A stretch of 45,667 nt of DNA from an uncultured Lachnospiraceae bacterium. GTDB taxonomy: Bacteria; Bacillota; Clostridia; Lachnospirales; Lachnospiraceae. This document shows positions 27,079-38,288 of the stretch, piece by piece (within the stretch, counting starts at the first letter, position 1; each line of letters opens with the position of its first letter). A program made the translations under genes and the position numbers. The stretch spans positions 1 through 45,667 of the forward strand of contig CATZYB010000001.1 of assembly GCA_958426095.1 (NCBI GenBank), read 5' to 3'. The notes under the pieces are model-generated. The model was not told the DNA's origin, did no database searches, and worked only from the letters and a program-made list of their open reading frames with translations.

Positions 27079-28725
27079 ATGAAAAAGGAAAAAATTTACG
27101 TCATTGGACATAAACATCCGGACACGGATTCCATTTGCTCCGCTATCGCCTATGCTTATTTGCGGAAAAAAGTGACCGGAATGAATTATGTGCCGGCTCG
27201 GGCCGGAGAGATTAATTCGGAGACAGCCTTTGTTTTGAATCGGTTTCAGGCGGAGGTTCCGATCTATATGCAGGATGTGCGTACCCAGGTGAAAGATGTG
27301 CAGATTTCACCGGCCCACAGCGGTCGGCCGGATATGTCGATCCGGGAGGCCTGGCAGCGGCTTCAGGAAGAAAAAGTATCTACACTGACCATCGTAGATG
27401 AAGATAAAAAACTTCTTGGCCTGATCACCAAGGGCGATATTGCAAAAACTTATATGGGTGTTTATGACAGCCGGGTGCTGTCGGAAAACCGGACGCCGTA
27501 CAAAAATATTTTGGAGACTCTGGATGGAGAAATGCTCGTCGGAGACCCGGAGGGCGTGGTAGAAAGCGGTAAGATTTTAATTGCGGCGGCCAATCCGGAT
27601 CTGATGGAAGAATATATCGAGGACGGCGATATGGTCATGTTGGGAGACAGGTACGAATCCCAGCTCTGCGCCATTGAGATGAATGCCGGCTGCCTTATCA
27701 TCAGTATGAATACTCAGCCGAACGACAGTATTTTAAAACTGGCAGAGGAACATCATTGTACCATTATCCGGACGCCATATGATACCTTTATTGCAGCGCG
27801 TCTTATCAATCAGAGTATGGCCGTGGGACATTTTATGGTCAAGGATATGAAAACCTTCAAAAAAGACGATTTTATTGATGATGTAAAAGAAGTTATGGCG
27901 AAAAACCGTCATCGTGCCTTTCCAATCGTGACAAACCAGGGAAAGGTTATCGGAATGTTTACCCGTCATAATCTCATCGATCTGGATAAAAAGAAGGTAG
28001 CGTTGGTGGATCATAATGAAGCAGGACAGGCGGTAGATGGCATATTTGACTGTGAGATCATGGAAATTGTAGATCACCACAAGCTCGGCTATGTTCAGAG
28101 TATGAAACCAGTATTTTTCCGGTGTCAGCCGGTGGGCTGTACGTCTACCATTATTTATCTGATGTATCGGGAAAATAAGGTGGAGATTCCGGCCGATATG
28201 GCGGGCCTGATGTGTTCGGCTATCATTTCGGATACGTTATTATACCGTTCACCGACCTGCACACCGCTGGATCGCATGGCGGCGGAAGCTCTGGCCAAAA
28301 TCGCCGGCATTGAAGTGGAAGCGTATGGCATGGAGATGTTTGAAGCTGGAAGTGATCTGAAGAGTAAATCCGATGCGGATATTTTCTATCAGGATTTCAA
28401 GAAGTTTTCTGCCGGAGAAGTTCAGTTTGGCGTGGGACAGATTACATCTCTCGATGCACGGGAATTAAAGAAAATCCATGCCCGGCTGTCTACGATGCTT
28501 ACAAAAGCAAAAGCAGAACATGGGCTGGATATGATCTTCTTTATGCTTACCAATATTCTGGACGAATCCACGCTGGTACTCTGTTCAGATGAAGAGGCCC
28601 TTTCTGTGGCTTCAAGATGTTTTGGAGTTTCGGTGACAAAGGACGGGGACAGTGTTTTTGTCGATAATATGGTATCAAGAAAGAAACAGTTTATTCCGAA
28701 AATGGTCGGAACATTGCAAGAATAG
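27079..28725 (+). CDS. ppaC: Mn-dependent inorganic pyrophosphatase with CBS-DRTGG insert, copy 2
   Basis: GHKHPDTDS, LVDHNE, IVDHH, SRKKQ. Confidence 0.93.
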   Translation: MKKEKIYVIGHKHPDTDSICSAIAYAYLRKKVTGMNYVPARAGEINSETAFVLNRFQAEVPIYMQDVRTQVKDVQISPAHSGRPDMSIREAWQRLQEEKVSTLTIVDEDKKLLGLITKGDIAKTYMGVYDSRVLSENRTPYKNILETLDGEMLVGDPEGVVESGKILIAAANPDLMEEYIEDGDMVMLGDRYESQLCAIEMNAGCLIISMNTQPNDSILKLAEEHHCTIIRTPYDTFIAARLINQSMAVGHFMVKDMKTFKKDDFIDDVKEVMAKNRHRAFPIVTNQGKVIGMFTRHNLIDLDKKKVALVDHNEAGQAVDGIFDCEIMEIVDHHKLGYVQSMKPVFFRCQPVGCTSTIIYLMYRENKVEIPADMAGLMCSAIISDTLLYRSPTCTPLDRMAAEALAKIAGIEVEAYGMEMFEAGSDLKSKSDADIFYQDFKKFSAGEVQFGVGQITSLDARELKKIHARLSTMLTKAKAEHGLDMIFFMLTNILDESTLVLCSDEEALSVASRCFGVSVTKDGDSVFVDNMVSRKKQFIPKMVGTLQE

Positions 28726-28734
28726 GAGTCATCT

Positions 28735-29319
28735 ATGGCAAAACAGAAGTGGAGACCGGGAAATATGGTTTATCCTTTGCTGGCGGTACTTGTAAGCTGC
28801 GGGGATAAAGAGGGAAATATTAATTTAATGACAGCGGCCTGGACCGGGACGATCTGTTCCGATCCGCCGATGGTTTATGTATCCATACGAAAGGAACGCC
28901 ATTCCCACCATATGATCCAGGAGACCGGGGAATATGTCATTAATCTGACAACAGAAAAACTGGCGTGGGCTACGGATTTCTGCGGCGTCCGTTCCGGAAA
29001 AGATATGGATAAATTCAAAGAGATGAAATTGACGCCGGTGAAGGGTGAGCTTGAATTTGCGCCGATGATCGCGGAAAGTCCCGTGTCCATCGAGTGCCGG
29101 GTCATTAATGTGATGGAACTCGGCAGTCACGATATGTTTATGGCTGAGGTGACGGCCGTTTATGTGGATGAGCAATATATGGATGCAAAGGGAACCTTTC
29201 ATCTGGAAAAAGCGAATCCCCTGGTCTATTCCCATGGACAGTATTACGGGATGGGAAAACATCTCGGCAGTTTTGGTTTTGCGGTCCGCAAAAAGACTGT
29301 GAAAAAGAGGAAAAAATAA
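28735..29319 (+). CDS. Flavin reductase-like FMN-binding protein
   Basis: AWTG...PPMVYVSI, CGVRSG, ECRV...LGSHDMF. Confidence 0.9.
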   Translation: MAKQKWRPGNMVYPLLAVLVSCGDKEGNINLMTAAWTGTICSDPPMVYVSIRKERHSHHMIQETGEYVINLTTEKLAWATDFCGVRSGKDMDKFKEMKLTPVKGELEFAPMIAESPVSIECRVINVMELGSHDMFMAEVTAVYVDEQYMDAKGTFHLEKANPLVYSHGQYYGMGKHLGSFGFAVRKKTVKKRKK

Positions 29320-29453
29320 GATGAAAATGGCGACTGTGGATTTGGCTATGGCGGTGGTCTTGATGTGGGCGATGGCATTCGGGTGATTGTCGGAAATGCG
29401 GGAACATGTACCATGATGATCCAGTGGCCGAGATAGTCATCGAAGGCGATATT

Positions 29454-29506
29454 AAAGGAGATGCTGAGGATAAATGGCATATTTGCCAGGCGGCATCTCC
29501 TTTTTT
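29454..29506. terminator. Inverted repeat, probable terminator between convergent genes
   Basis: AAAGGAGATGC...GCATCTCCTTT followed by a T-run. Confidence 0.6.
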
Positions 29507-29527
29507 GTATGATTGCCGCGCCGATGC

Positions 29528-30712
29528 TTATTTTTTCAGAAAGCTGCCGCGGACAACGGCGTCTTTGCCATATTTTTTTCGTATATTATCCAGAGCTTTG
29601 TCAAGCTTCTGGAGTTTTTTATTTTCTGCTGTATCAAAAAGATTGAGCTGCAAAGTGTCGGCATCCGAAAGTTTGGAAGTGCGAATGCCCAGCAGACGGA
29701 TCGGCTGGCCGTTCCAGGCCTCATCAAATAACCGGCAGGCATACTTGTAAAGGGTGTTTGCATTCTGGCTTGGCGTCAGAAGCTGCATTTGATGGGAAAT
29801 GGTGGAAAAATCACTGTATTTGATTTCTACATTGACCATGCCGGCACACTGTCCTGCGTCCCGAAGACGACCGGAGACGGATTCGGCCAGAGTCAGAAGA
29901 ACCTTTCTGGCGGCAGATGTCTCAGTAACATCCGAAGACAGGGTAGTAGAATTACCGATACCTTTGGCGATGTGACGGCGGGTGTCAATCGGCGTATATT
30001 CCAGACCGTTGGCATATTCCCAGATGGTCTGACCATGAGTCTTCAAATGGGAAGTCAGAATGGCCGGATCTGTGTGGGCCAGATCTCCGATGGTACGGAT
30101 GCCAAGGAGTTCTAATGTACGGGCGGAAGATCGTCCGACCATAAAAAGGTCCCGAACCGGGAGCGGCCACATTTTCTGTGGAATTTCTTCCGGAAATAAG
30201 GTGTGTACCAGATCCGGTTTTTTAAAGTCAGAAGCCATTTTTGCCAGCAGTTTGTTGGTGGATATGCCGATATTGACGGTAAAGCCAAGCTCATTTCGTA
30301 TGTGTTTGCGGATATGGTTGGCGGCGGATTCCGGAGTCTCTCCGCCGTTTTTAAAAGGCACATAGGTCATAAAACATTCATCGATGCTGTAGGGCCGGAT
30401 ATCCGGTGAATAGTTTTCCAGAAGAGCCAGCATTTGGCGGCTGCATTCATGATAATATTTATGGTCCGGCTGAAAAGTGCGAAGCGTCGGACATTTCTTC
30501 AGGGCGTCGGTAATGGGCTCTCCGGTAGTAACGCCAAAGGCCTTTGCCGGGATAGATTTTGCCAGAATGACGCCCCGGCGTTTGGACATATCGCCTCCGA
30601 TGGCTGAGGGAATCGTCCGGATATCCACCGATTCGCCTTCGGCCAACAGGCGAATGGCCGTCCAACTTAAAAAAGCTGAATTGACATCAATATGAAAAAA
30701 TACCTTTTCCAT
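29528..30712 (-). CDS. dinB: DNA polymerase IV (Y family)
   Basis: HIDVNSAF, YSIDECF, NKLLAKMASD...KP. Confidence 0.93.
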   Translation of the reverse strand: MEKVFFHIDVNSAFLSWTAIRLLAEGESVDIRTIPSAIGGDMSKRRGVILAKSIPAKAFGVTTGEPITDALKKCPTLRTFQPDHKYYHECSRQMLALLENYSPDIRPYSIDECFMTYVPFKNGGETPESAANHIRKHIRNELGFTVNIGISTNKLLAKMASDFKKPDLVHTLFPEEIPQKMWPLPVRDLFMVGRSSARTLELLGIRTIGDLAHTDPAILTSHLKTHGQTIWEYANGLEYTPIDTRRHIAKGIGNSTTLSSDVTETSAARKVLLTLAESVSGRLRDAGQCAGMVNVEIKYSDFSTISHQMQLLTPSQNANTLYKYACRLFDEAWNGQPIRLLGIRTSKLSDADTLQLNLFDTAENKKLQKLDKALDNIRKKYGKDAVVRGSFLKK

Positions 30713-30870
30713 GGAAAATCACCCTTGTCTGATTAATAAATCTATTATAGCCGAAGGGCTTGAGCGGGTCAATGCGGGTAAAACATTGTCAGAAAGCGGA
30801 TGTGTGTAAAATGGTTGAGAATCTTCGGTGATAGTGATACAATAAACAATACGAAAAAGGAGGACCTGGA

Positions 30871-31389
30871 ATGAAAGACAACATTATTTTAATCGGAATG
30901 CCGGGAGCCGGGAAAAGCACGGTAGGCGTTGTACTGGCAAAGGCCCTGGGGTATGATTTCATAGATTCGGATTTATTGATTCAGGCAGAGACCGGGAAAC
31001 GGTTGTTTGAGATTATTAACGAAGTGGGCATCGATGGATTTCTGAAAGTTGAAGATCAGGTCAATGCCGGAATCCGGGCCAGCCAGACGGTGATCGCCAC
31101 GGGCGGCAGCGTTATTTATGGCGAGGCTGCGATGTCCCATTTAAAATCCATCGGAACGGTCGTCTATATTCAGGTGGATTATGAATCCCTTGAAAAACGT
31201 CTTGGGAACCTGTTAAAACGGGGCGTTGCCATACGTAAAGGCAATTCACTGCGCGACCTCTATAATGAACGAGTGCCGTTATATGAGAAATATGCAGATA
31301 TTACGGTGGATGAGTGTGATAAGGGGATTCGGGAAGTTGTTGAATTGATAGAATATATGCTTGAAACGCAGAGTGGTAAAGAAGAATGA
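30871..31389 (+). CDS. aroK: Shikimate kinase
   Basis: LIGMPGAGKSTVG, IATGG, ERVPLYEKYAD. Confidence 0.93.
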   Translation: MKDNIILIGMPGAGKSTVGVVLAKALGYDFIDSDLLIQAETGKRLFEIINEVGIDGFLKVEDQVNAGIRASQTVIATGGSVIYGEAAMSHLKSIGTVVYIQVDYESLEKRLGNLLKRGVAIRKGNSLRDLYNERVPLYEKYADITVDECDKGIREVVELIEYMLETQSGKEE

Positions 31390-33953
31390 GAGTGAGAATA
31401 AAACACTGGATATCTGAAAATATCTGGTACATTTTAGCATTTGTCCTGCCCTTTGTAGTCGCTGCGGTGGCTTTTATCTGTCAGGGAATGTGGCCTTTTG
31501 GCGACAGGGGCATTTCAATCATTGATTCTTATCATCAATATGTACCTTTTTTTTCAGAGCTTCAATATAAATGGCGGCATTTTGACAGTTTATTTTATAG
31601 TTGGAACGGTGGCCTGGGGATGAATTTCTGGGCCGTGATTGCTTATTATCTGGCGAGTCCGTTAAATCTTTTACTGCTGGTATTCCCGAAAAGCATGGTC
31701 ATGGAATGTTTTTCGCTGATTTATTTTATTAAGATCGGTTTAACCGGTTTGAGTTTTGCTTATTTTATACGGAAGCGGTTTGATCATTATGGTTTTGCGA
31801 TCACCGTGTTTGGGTGCTGCTATGCGCTCAGCAGTTTTGTGATCGGTTATGCCTGGAATATTATGTGGCTGGACTGTATCGTATGGTTTCCGATGGTCAT
31901 GCTTGGTATCCATCGTCTGATACAGGAAGGACGGGGATGGCTTTATGGAGCTTCTCTGGCGCTGTGCATTTTTACTAATTATTATATAGCTATTATGATT
32001 TGTATTTTTTCCTGCATGTATCTTCTTGCGGAAGTCATTTGTGAGCGGAGTGCGGGAGTGATGACAAAAATCCGGAGAATTGCTGGATTTGCAGGATATT
32101 CGCTGATGGCCGGAGCCTTTGGCGCTGTTATGCTCATACCGACGGTCTATGCGCTGATGTCCAGCCAGTCCGCATCAAGCAGTTTTCCGACGAAGGTGAA
32201 ATTCTATCATAATGTATTTGAACTGTTATGTCAGCAGTTTGCATTTATAGAGCCTACTTGTCTGGACGGGAATTTTAACCTTTACTGCGGGGCGGCAATG
32301 ATGCTGCTTGTTCCGTTGTATCTTTTTAATCGAAAAATCAATCTGAGGGAAAAGGTCGTGAACCTGGTTCTCGCCGCTTTTTTGCTGGTCAGTCTGAATA
32401 CAAATTATCTGGCCTATGTTTGGCATGGGTTCCATTTCCCGAATGGACTCCCGGGAAGGTTTTCGTTTATTTATATTTTCGTGCTTTTAGTCATGGGCTA
32501 TGAAGGCTACAGACATCGGAAAGACTGTCCAAAATGGGCGGCAGCCGTCGCCGCATTTGGCTGGCTGATATTTCTCGGCTATAGCTGGCGGAGCGGCAAG
32601 GCAGAGCTGGAGACATATACATGGGCGATAAATATCGGTTTGCTCCTGGCATATGGCGTATGGCTTGCGTACCTGTGCGGTCCTGCAAAAAAAAGAAAGA
32701 TACTGGAGATCGGATTGCTGGCCGTAATGTTGATCGAGGCCTGCGGTTATGGCGCTTTCGGTCTCTGCATGAATGGAACAGTCAATCGAAAAGATTATTA
32801 CAGTGATCAGAATGCGGTCAGCGCACTGAAAAAAGAAGTGGATGAAAGAGCAGACGACGATTTTTACCGGATGGAACTGGAAGAACGCCGGGGCCGGGAC
32901 GATGTGACATGGCATCATCTGCCGGGGATGTCCCTTTTCTCTTCGACAGCGAATGCAGGGGTAGACCATTTGGCAAAACGTCTGGGATTTTATGCGGTGA
33001 CAAATAAGTACAGTTATCAGGGGGCAACGCCGGAAACGGATGCTTTTCTTAATATAAAATATTTGATCAGTAAATATAAAAAGGACCATATCCGGACTTT
33101 TGAGTGGATGGAGGAGACGGAAGAGAGAAATCTTTACCAGAACCATTACGCTCTGGGACTTGGGTTTATGGTGTCCGGAAATATTTACCAATGGGATTAT
33201 GAAAAGACGAATCCGTTTGAGGTGATCGATCAACTCATACTGTCTGCGACGGATATGGAGATACGGCCCTACAATTATTTTGGAATTCCTGAACCAACGG
33301 CTGAGGGCTGTGAGCTGACGACGGACAGTTGGGCCGACTGGTCTTATACAGCAACATCCGGTGAGGAGGGAAAGGTAACTTATACCTACACGCCGGAAAA
33401 AAATCAGGATCTCTATATCTATTTTAAAGCGGCCCATTGTACAAAGGTAGAAGTTATTCATAATGGGGAAACGAAGAGCTATTCGGATGAAGACGGTCAC
33501 ATTTTCCAGGTAGGAACGGTGGCGGCCGGAGAGACAGTGACTTTGATCTTCCATTTGGATGATGCCTATGATGACGGAAATATTAAGCTCATTGCCGCCG
33601 AGCATTCCATGGATGCTTTTTACCAGGTGTTTGATCTGCTGAAACGGCAGCGGTGGATGGTGGATGAAGTTTCGTCCACCAGGTTGTCGGGAACGATCAC
33701 TGCAGAGAATGATGGGGTCATGTTCACTTCCATTCCATATGATGAGGGATGGTCCGTCAAAGTGGACGGTGAAGATACCGAGCTGGAAAAAATTGCCGAC
33801 GCATTTATTGGTATTTCGTTGTCAAAAGGGGAACATAAGATAGAGATGAGCTATTGTCCTAAGGGATTTCGCATCGGATTGACGCTGACATGTATTTCAG
33901 GCATCCTGTTTATCGGAATGTATCTCTTGGAAAAAAAGCTCAAAAAACATTAA
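31386..33953 (+). CDS. YfhO-family membrane protein (GT-C glycosyltransferase-like)
   Basis: DSYHQYVPF, YYLASP, SIPYDEGW; many TM helices. Confidence 0.9.
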   Translation: MRVRIKHWISENIWYILAFVLPFVVAAVAFICQGMWPFGDRGISIIDSYHQYVPFFSELQYKWRHFDSLFYSWNGGLGMNFWAVIAYYLASPLNLLLLVFPKSMVMECFSLIYFIKIGLTGLSFAYFIRKRFDHYGFAITVFGCCYALSSFVIGYAWNIMWLDCIVWFPMVMLGIHRLIQEGRGWLYGASLALCIFTNYYIAIMICIFSCMYLLAEVICERSAGVMTKIRRIAGFAGYSLMAGAFGAVMLIPTVYALMSSQSASSSFPTKVKFYHNVFELLCQQFAFIEPTCLDGNFNLYCGAAMMLLVPLYLFNRKINLREKVVNLVLAAFLLVSLNTNYLAYVWHGFHFPNGLPGRFSFIYIFVLLVMGYEGYRHRKDCPKWAAAVAAFGWLIFLGYSWRSGKAELETYTWAINIGLLLAYGVWLAYLCGPAKKRKILEIGLLAVMLIEACGYGAFGLCMNGTVNRKDYYSDQNAVSALKKEVDERADDDFYRMELEERRGRDDVTWHHLPGMSLFSSTANAGVDHLAKRLGFYAVTNKYSYQGATPETDAFLNIKYLISKYKKDHIRTFEWMEETEERNLYQNHYALGLGFMVSGNIYQWDYEKTNPFEVIDQLILSATDMEIRPYNYFGIPEPTAEGCELTTDSWADWSYTATSGEEGKVTYTYTPEKNQDLYIYFKAAHCTKVEVIHNGETKSYSDEDGHIFQVGTVAAGETVTLIFHLDDAYDDGNIKLIAAEHSMDAFYQVFDLLKRQRWMVDEVSSTRLSGTITAENDGVMFTSIPYDEGWSVKVDGEDTELEKIADAFIGISLSKGEHKIEMSYCPKGFRIGLTLTCISGILFIGMYLLEKKLKKH

Positions 33954-34066
33954 TTTTCTTGTAAAAAATGGATGGAATTTTTACGAAATTATAAAATTCA
34001 ATTTACAAATTCGTGGAGTATGCTATAATGATTAGGACTATAGCAGAAAGTTTGTTGAGGTGTACC

Positions 34067-35359
34067 ATGGAACAATATGTTATAAAAGGCGGAAATCCAT
34101 TGGTCGGTGAAGTTACAATTGGCGGAGCGAAGAATGCCGCTCTGGGGATTCTTGCGGCGGCCATCATGAGTGACGAAGATGTGCTTATTGATAATTTGCC
34201 GGATGTGAGCGATATTAATGTATTATTGCAGGCAATCGCATCCATTGGCGCAGATGTGGTCAGGATTAATAGAAACGCTGTAAAAATAAACGGTAAAAAT
34301 ATTCACAGTTATTGTATCGATGACGGATTTATACGTAAGATCAGAGCTTCTTACTATTTACTGGGAGCCCTTCTCGGAAAATATAAAGAGGCGGAAGTCG
34401 CACTGCCGGGCGGATGTAATATCGGAAGCCGTCCGATCGACCAGCATATCAAAGGATTTCGGGCACTTGGTGCCAAAGTGGAGATTAATAACAGTATGAT
34501 CGTCGCAAAGGCAGAGCATTTGAAGGCGCGGCATATCTATCTGGATGTGGTCAGTGTCGGTGCAACGATCAATATTATGATGGCGGCCGCTATGGCTGAA
34601 GGACGTACGATCCTTGAGAATGCGGCAAAGGAACCACATATTGTTGATGTGGCAAACTTCCTGAACTCCATGGGTGCGGATATTAAAGGCGCAGGAACTG
34701 ACGTTATCCGTATACAGGGCGTTCACAGGCTTCATGGAACGGAATATACCATTATTCCGGATCAGATTGAAGCAGGAACCTTTATGTGTGCCGCAGTGGC
34801 TACGCAGGGTGATGTGACTGTAAAACATGTGATTCCGAAACATCTGGAGTCCATATCGGCCAAATTGCTTGAAATGGGAGCTGAGATTGAGGAATTGGAT
34901 GATGCGGTGAGGGTTGTTGCCTCAAAACGTCTTCAGCCAACCAATATAAAAACCTTACCGTACCCGGGATTCCCTACGGATATGCAGCCTCAGGCAGCGA
35001 TCGCTCTGGCTCTGGCCGATGGTACAAGTGTCATTACCGAGAGCATTTTTGAAAATCGTTTCCGCTATGTGGATGAGCTGGCACGGATGGGAGCGCGTAT
35101 TAAAGTCGAAGGAAATGCGGCGATCATTATTGGGGTTCCGAGTTATAAAGGCGCCCATATGAGCGCGCCGGATTTACGGGCCGGAGCAGCCTTAGTGCTG
35201 GCAGCGCTGGCGGCAGACGGCATCTCGACAGTGGATTCCATCGGATATATTCAGCGTGGATACGAAGACTTTGAAGGGAAACTTCGCAGTCTTGGCGCTT
35301 GCATTGAGAAGGTTGATAATGAAAAAGATCTTCAGAAATTTAAATTAAAAGTCGGCTGA
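34067..35359 (+). CDS. murA: UDP-N-acetylglucosamine 1-carboxyvinyltransferase
   Basis: GAKNAAL, LPGGCNIGSRP (active-site Cys), PGFPTDMQ, DLRAGA. Confidence 0.96.
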   Translation: MEQYVIKGGNPLVGEVTIGGAKNAALGILAAAIMSDEDVLIDNLPDVSDINVLLQAIASIGADVVRINRNAVKINGKNIHSYCIDDGFIRKIRASYYLLGALLGKYKEAEVALPGGCNIGSRPIDQHIKGFRALGAKVEINNSMIVAKAEHLKARHIYLDVVSVGATINIMMAAAMAEGRTILENAAKEPHIVDVANFLNSMGADIKGAGTDVIRIQGVHRLHGTEYTIIPDQIEAGTFMCAAVATQGDVTVKHVIPKHLESISAKLLEMGAEIEELDDAVRVVASKRLQPTNIKTLPYPGFPTDMQPQAAIALALADGTSVITESIFENRFRYVDELARMGARIKVEGNAAIIIGVPSYKGAHMSAPDLRAGAALVLAALAADGISTVDSIGYIQRGYEDFEGKLRSLGACIEKVDNEKDLQKFKLKVG

Positions 35360-35405
35360 TATGCCGTGAATTCCGGAAAGGATACAACTAAACATGGAAT
35401 AATCT

Positions 35406-35504
35406 CTCTTATTCAGAACAATGGAGCCTAAGGAGCGATGATATTGTGGCAACCCCGATGAACGGAAGGTGCCTGCCGGAGCGAGTAAACTCGAACAATA
35501 AGAG
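35406..35504 (+). ncRNA. SAM-I (S-box) riboswitch aptamer
   Basis: P1 CTCTTATT/AATAAGAG, GATGA kink-turn, GGCAACC and AAGGTGC core; upstream of metK. Confidence 0.9.
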
Positions 35505-35522
35505 GATTTGATATAAAGAATC

Positions 35523-35551
35523 AAGTCCGCTTTTTGCGGACTTTTCTTTTT
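35523..35551 (+). terminator. Riboswitch expression-platform terminator
   Basis: AAGTCCGC-TTTTT-GCGGACTT followed by a T-run. Confidence 0.88.
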
Positions 35552-35593
35552 GATATATTATTATTTTTGATTTAAAGAAAGGGGTATAAAAAC

Positions 35594-36781
35594 ATGGAAA
35601 AACTTTTATTTACTTCAGAATCTGTTACCGAAGGGCATCCGGATAAAATCTGTGACGCCGTTTCCGACGCTATTTTAGACGCGATGATCGCTCAGGACCC
35701 GATGAGCCGTGTGGCCTGTGAGACATGTGCAACGACAGGTCTGGTCATGGTCATGGGAGAAATCACTTCCAAGGCCAATGTGGATATTGCTCAGGTCGTA
35801 CGTGATACAGTCAACGAAATTGGTTATAACCGGGGCAAATATGGTTTTGATGCAGAAACCTGTGCAGTCATGGTAACATTGGATAAACAGTCTCCGGATA
35901 TCGCCATGGGTGTGGATAAGGCCCTTGAAGCCAGAGAAAATGCCATGTCTGATGATGAGATCGAAGCGATTGGCGCCGGAGACCAGGGTATGATGTTTGG
36001 TTATGCAACCAATGAGACCGAAGAGTTCATGCCATATCCAATCGCATTGGCTCACAAACTGGCCAGACGGCTGACAGAGGTGCGGAAAGACGGAACACTG
36101 CCTTATCTGCGTCCGGATGGAAAAACTCAGGTGACTGTAGAATATGATGAAAATGGGAAACCGTCCCGTCTGGATACCATCGTGCTTTCAACTCAGCATG
36201 ACCCGGATGTGACTCAGGAACAGATCCATGAAGATATCCGTAAATATGTATTCGATGCGGTGCTTCCTTCAGATATGGTGGATGAAAATACACGGTTTTT
36301 CATTAATCCGACAGGACGTTTTGTTATCGGCGGACCTCACGGCGACAGCGGACTGACAGGACGTAAGATCATTGTAGATACCTATGGCGGTTATGCACGT
36401 CACGGCGGCGGCGCATTCTCCGGTAAAGACTGTACGAAAGTAGACCGTTCTGCGGCTTATGCAGCCCGTTATGTGGCAAAAAATATTGTGGCGGCCGGAC
36501 TGGCAGAAAAATGCGAAATCCAGCTTTCCTATGCCATCGGCGTAGCCCAGCCGACATCCATTATGGTGGATACCTACGGAACGGGTAAGCTCTCTGAGAC
36601 AAAGCTCGTGGATGTTATCCGTGAGAATTTTGACCTGCGCCCAGCCGGTATTATTAAAATGCTTGATCTGCGTCGTCCGATTTATAAGCAGACAGCGGCT
36701 TATGGACATTTCGGACGGAATGATCTGGACCTGCCGTGGGAAAAAACAGATAAAGTAGATATTCTGAAAAAATATTTATAA
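35594..36781 (+). CDS. metK: S-adenosylmethionine synthetase
   Basis: [28 protein letters not shown]. Confidence 0.98.
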   Translation: MEKLLFTSESVTEGHPDKICDAVSDAILDAMIAQDPMSRVACETCATTGLVMVMGEITSKANVDIAQVVRDTVNEIGYNRGKYGFDAETCAVMVTLDKQSPDIAMGVDKALEARENAMSDDEIEAIGAGDQGMMFGYATNETEEFMPYPIALAHKLARRLTEVRKDGTLPYLRPDGKTQVTVEYDENGKPSRLDTIVLSTQHDPDVTQEQIHEDIRKYVFDAVLPSDMVDENTRFFINPTGRFVIGGPHGDSGLTGRKIIVDTYGGYARHGGGAFSGKDCTKVDRSAAYAARYVAKNIVAAGLAEKCEIQLSYAIGVAQPTSIMVDTYGTGKLSETKLVDVIRENFDLRPAGIIKMLDLRRPIYKQTAAYGHFGRNDLDLPWEKTDKVDILKKYL

Positions 36782-36809
36782 TTAAAAACAGATAAAAAGG
36801 GGGTTTTCT

Positions 36810-38288
36810 ATGCGGTTAGCCACTCGAATGAAAATTACATATGGCCTGGTTTTTATTATTCCAATAATATTGATGGTAATTGCCTTTTGGGGGATGGGAA
36901 AGGTGGAACTGCGGGCATTGAGACAAAAGTACGACATGGAAGATGTCGGTATGGAAGTCCTTGTCGATCCTTTTGAAGTCCTTGGCAATATGTCCTCCAG
37001 CGTTGTGGAGGAACTTCAGACGGCTGCAGAACAGAATCCGGAACAGCTCTACGATATGGCATATCTGGACAGGATGGATGAACGGCTTGCCGAACATGCT
37101 TCTTTTTTAGTGATGCAGAGGGATGGTATGACTTATTATTCCGGACAGGATGAAGAAGTGACAAATATTGTAGAGAATATGGGAATCCAGGAGGCTGACG
37201 GCGGCTATATTGTGGGAGAAAACCCTTACTATTTAAAGCAGTTTACTTTTTATTTTAACGATGGAAGCAAAGGGACGATTCAGATTTTCACATCGGTACT
37301 CTCCGTTGTGAAACAGGTGGAGAAAACCATCCTGAAAAATTGTATTTGTGCTGTAGTGATTCTTTTGCTTGTCGGCGCCCTGGCGTTTTTGTGGCTGTAT
37401 CAGAGTATTGTTCAGCCTCTGGAAAAGCTGAAACGGGCGGCGGTGAACATTAAGGAAGGCAATCTGGATTTCAACGTCATTACAGATACGGAGGATGAAA
37501 TCGGAGAAGTGTGTACGGCCTTTGAGGAGATGCGTATCAAGCTGAAAGATCAGATTGAGCTGAGTATGCAGTATGAAAAGGATAATAAAGAATTGATCAG
37601 TAATATTTCCCATGACCTGAAAACACCGATTACGGCCATTAAAGGTTATGTCGAAGGCATTCGGGATGGTGTGGCCGATACACCGGAAAAAATGGACAAA
37701 TACATCCGGACGATTTATAATAAAGCCACAGACATGGATAAATTGATCGACGAACTTTTCCTTTTTTCCAAACTGGACAGTAATTCATTGAATTATTCCT
37801 TTGCAAAATTGAATTTAAAAGATTACTTTGAAGACTGCGTGGATGAAATTTCTCTGGATTTAGAATCCCGGGGAATTACGTTGGCCTATTATAATCATGT
37901 GCCGGAAGATACGATCATTATTGCAGACCCGGAACAACTGAAAAGGGTTATTAATAATATTGTCGGAAATTCAGTCAAATATATGGCTGCAGACCGGCCG
38001 GGACATATCGGCATTTTCATAAAGGACGAACCGGAATTTGTCCAGATAGAGATTCAGGATAATGGCAAAGGAATTGCGAAAAAAGAATTGCCTCATATTT
38101 TTGAACGGTGCTACCGGACGGACGCCTCCAGAAACTCTTCAAAAGGAGGCAGCGGCCTTGGCTTATCTATCGCAAAGAAAATCATTGAAGAGCATGGCGG
38201 AAAAATCTGGGCGAACAGTGTGGAAGATGAAGGGACAACGATGAGCTTCGTTTTGAGAAAGTACAAGGAGAGTGTAACCTATGAGTAA
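36810..38288 (+). CDS. HAMP-domain sensor histidine kinase
   Basis: Two TM segments, HAMP, SHDLKTP, GGSGLGL. Confidence 0.93.
   Translation: MRLATRMKITYGLVFIIPIILMVIAFWGMGKVELRALRQKYDMEDVGMEVLVDPFEVLGNMSSSVVEELQTAAEQNPEQLYDMAYLDRMDERLAEHASFLVMQRDGMTYYSGQDEEVTNIVENMGIQEADGGYIVGENPYYLKQFTFYFNDGSKGTIQIFTSVLSVVKQVEKTILKNCICAVVILLLVGALAFLWLYQSIVQPLEKLKRAAVNIKEGNLDFNVITDTEDEIGEVCTAFEEMRIKLKDQIELSMQYEKDNKELISNISHDLKTPITAIKGYVEGIRDGVADTPEKMDKYIRTIYNKATDMDKLIDELFLFSKLDSNSLNYSFAKLNLKDYFEDCVDEISLDLESRGITLAYYNHVPEDTIIIADPEQLKRVINNIVGNSVKYMAADRPGHIGIFIKDEPEFVQIEIQDNGKGIAKKELPHIFERCYRTDASRNSSKGGSGLGLSIAKKIIEEHGGKIWANSVEDEGTTMSFVLRKYKESVTYE

Noticed and set aside
29320..29750. ORFs between the flavin reductase gene and dinB
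   Set aside because: No RBS or recognisable motif; they cross a hairpin and overlap dinB antisense.
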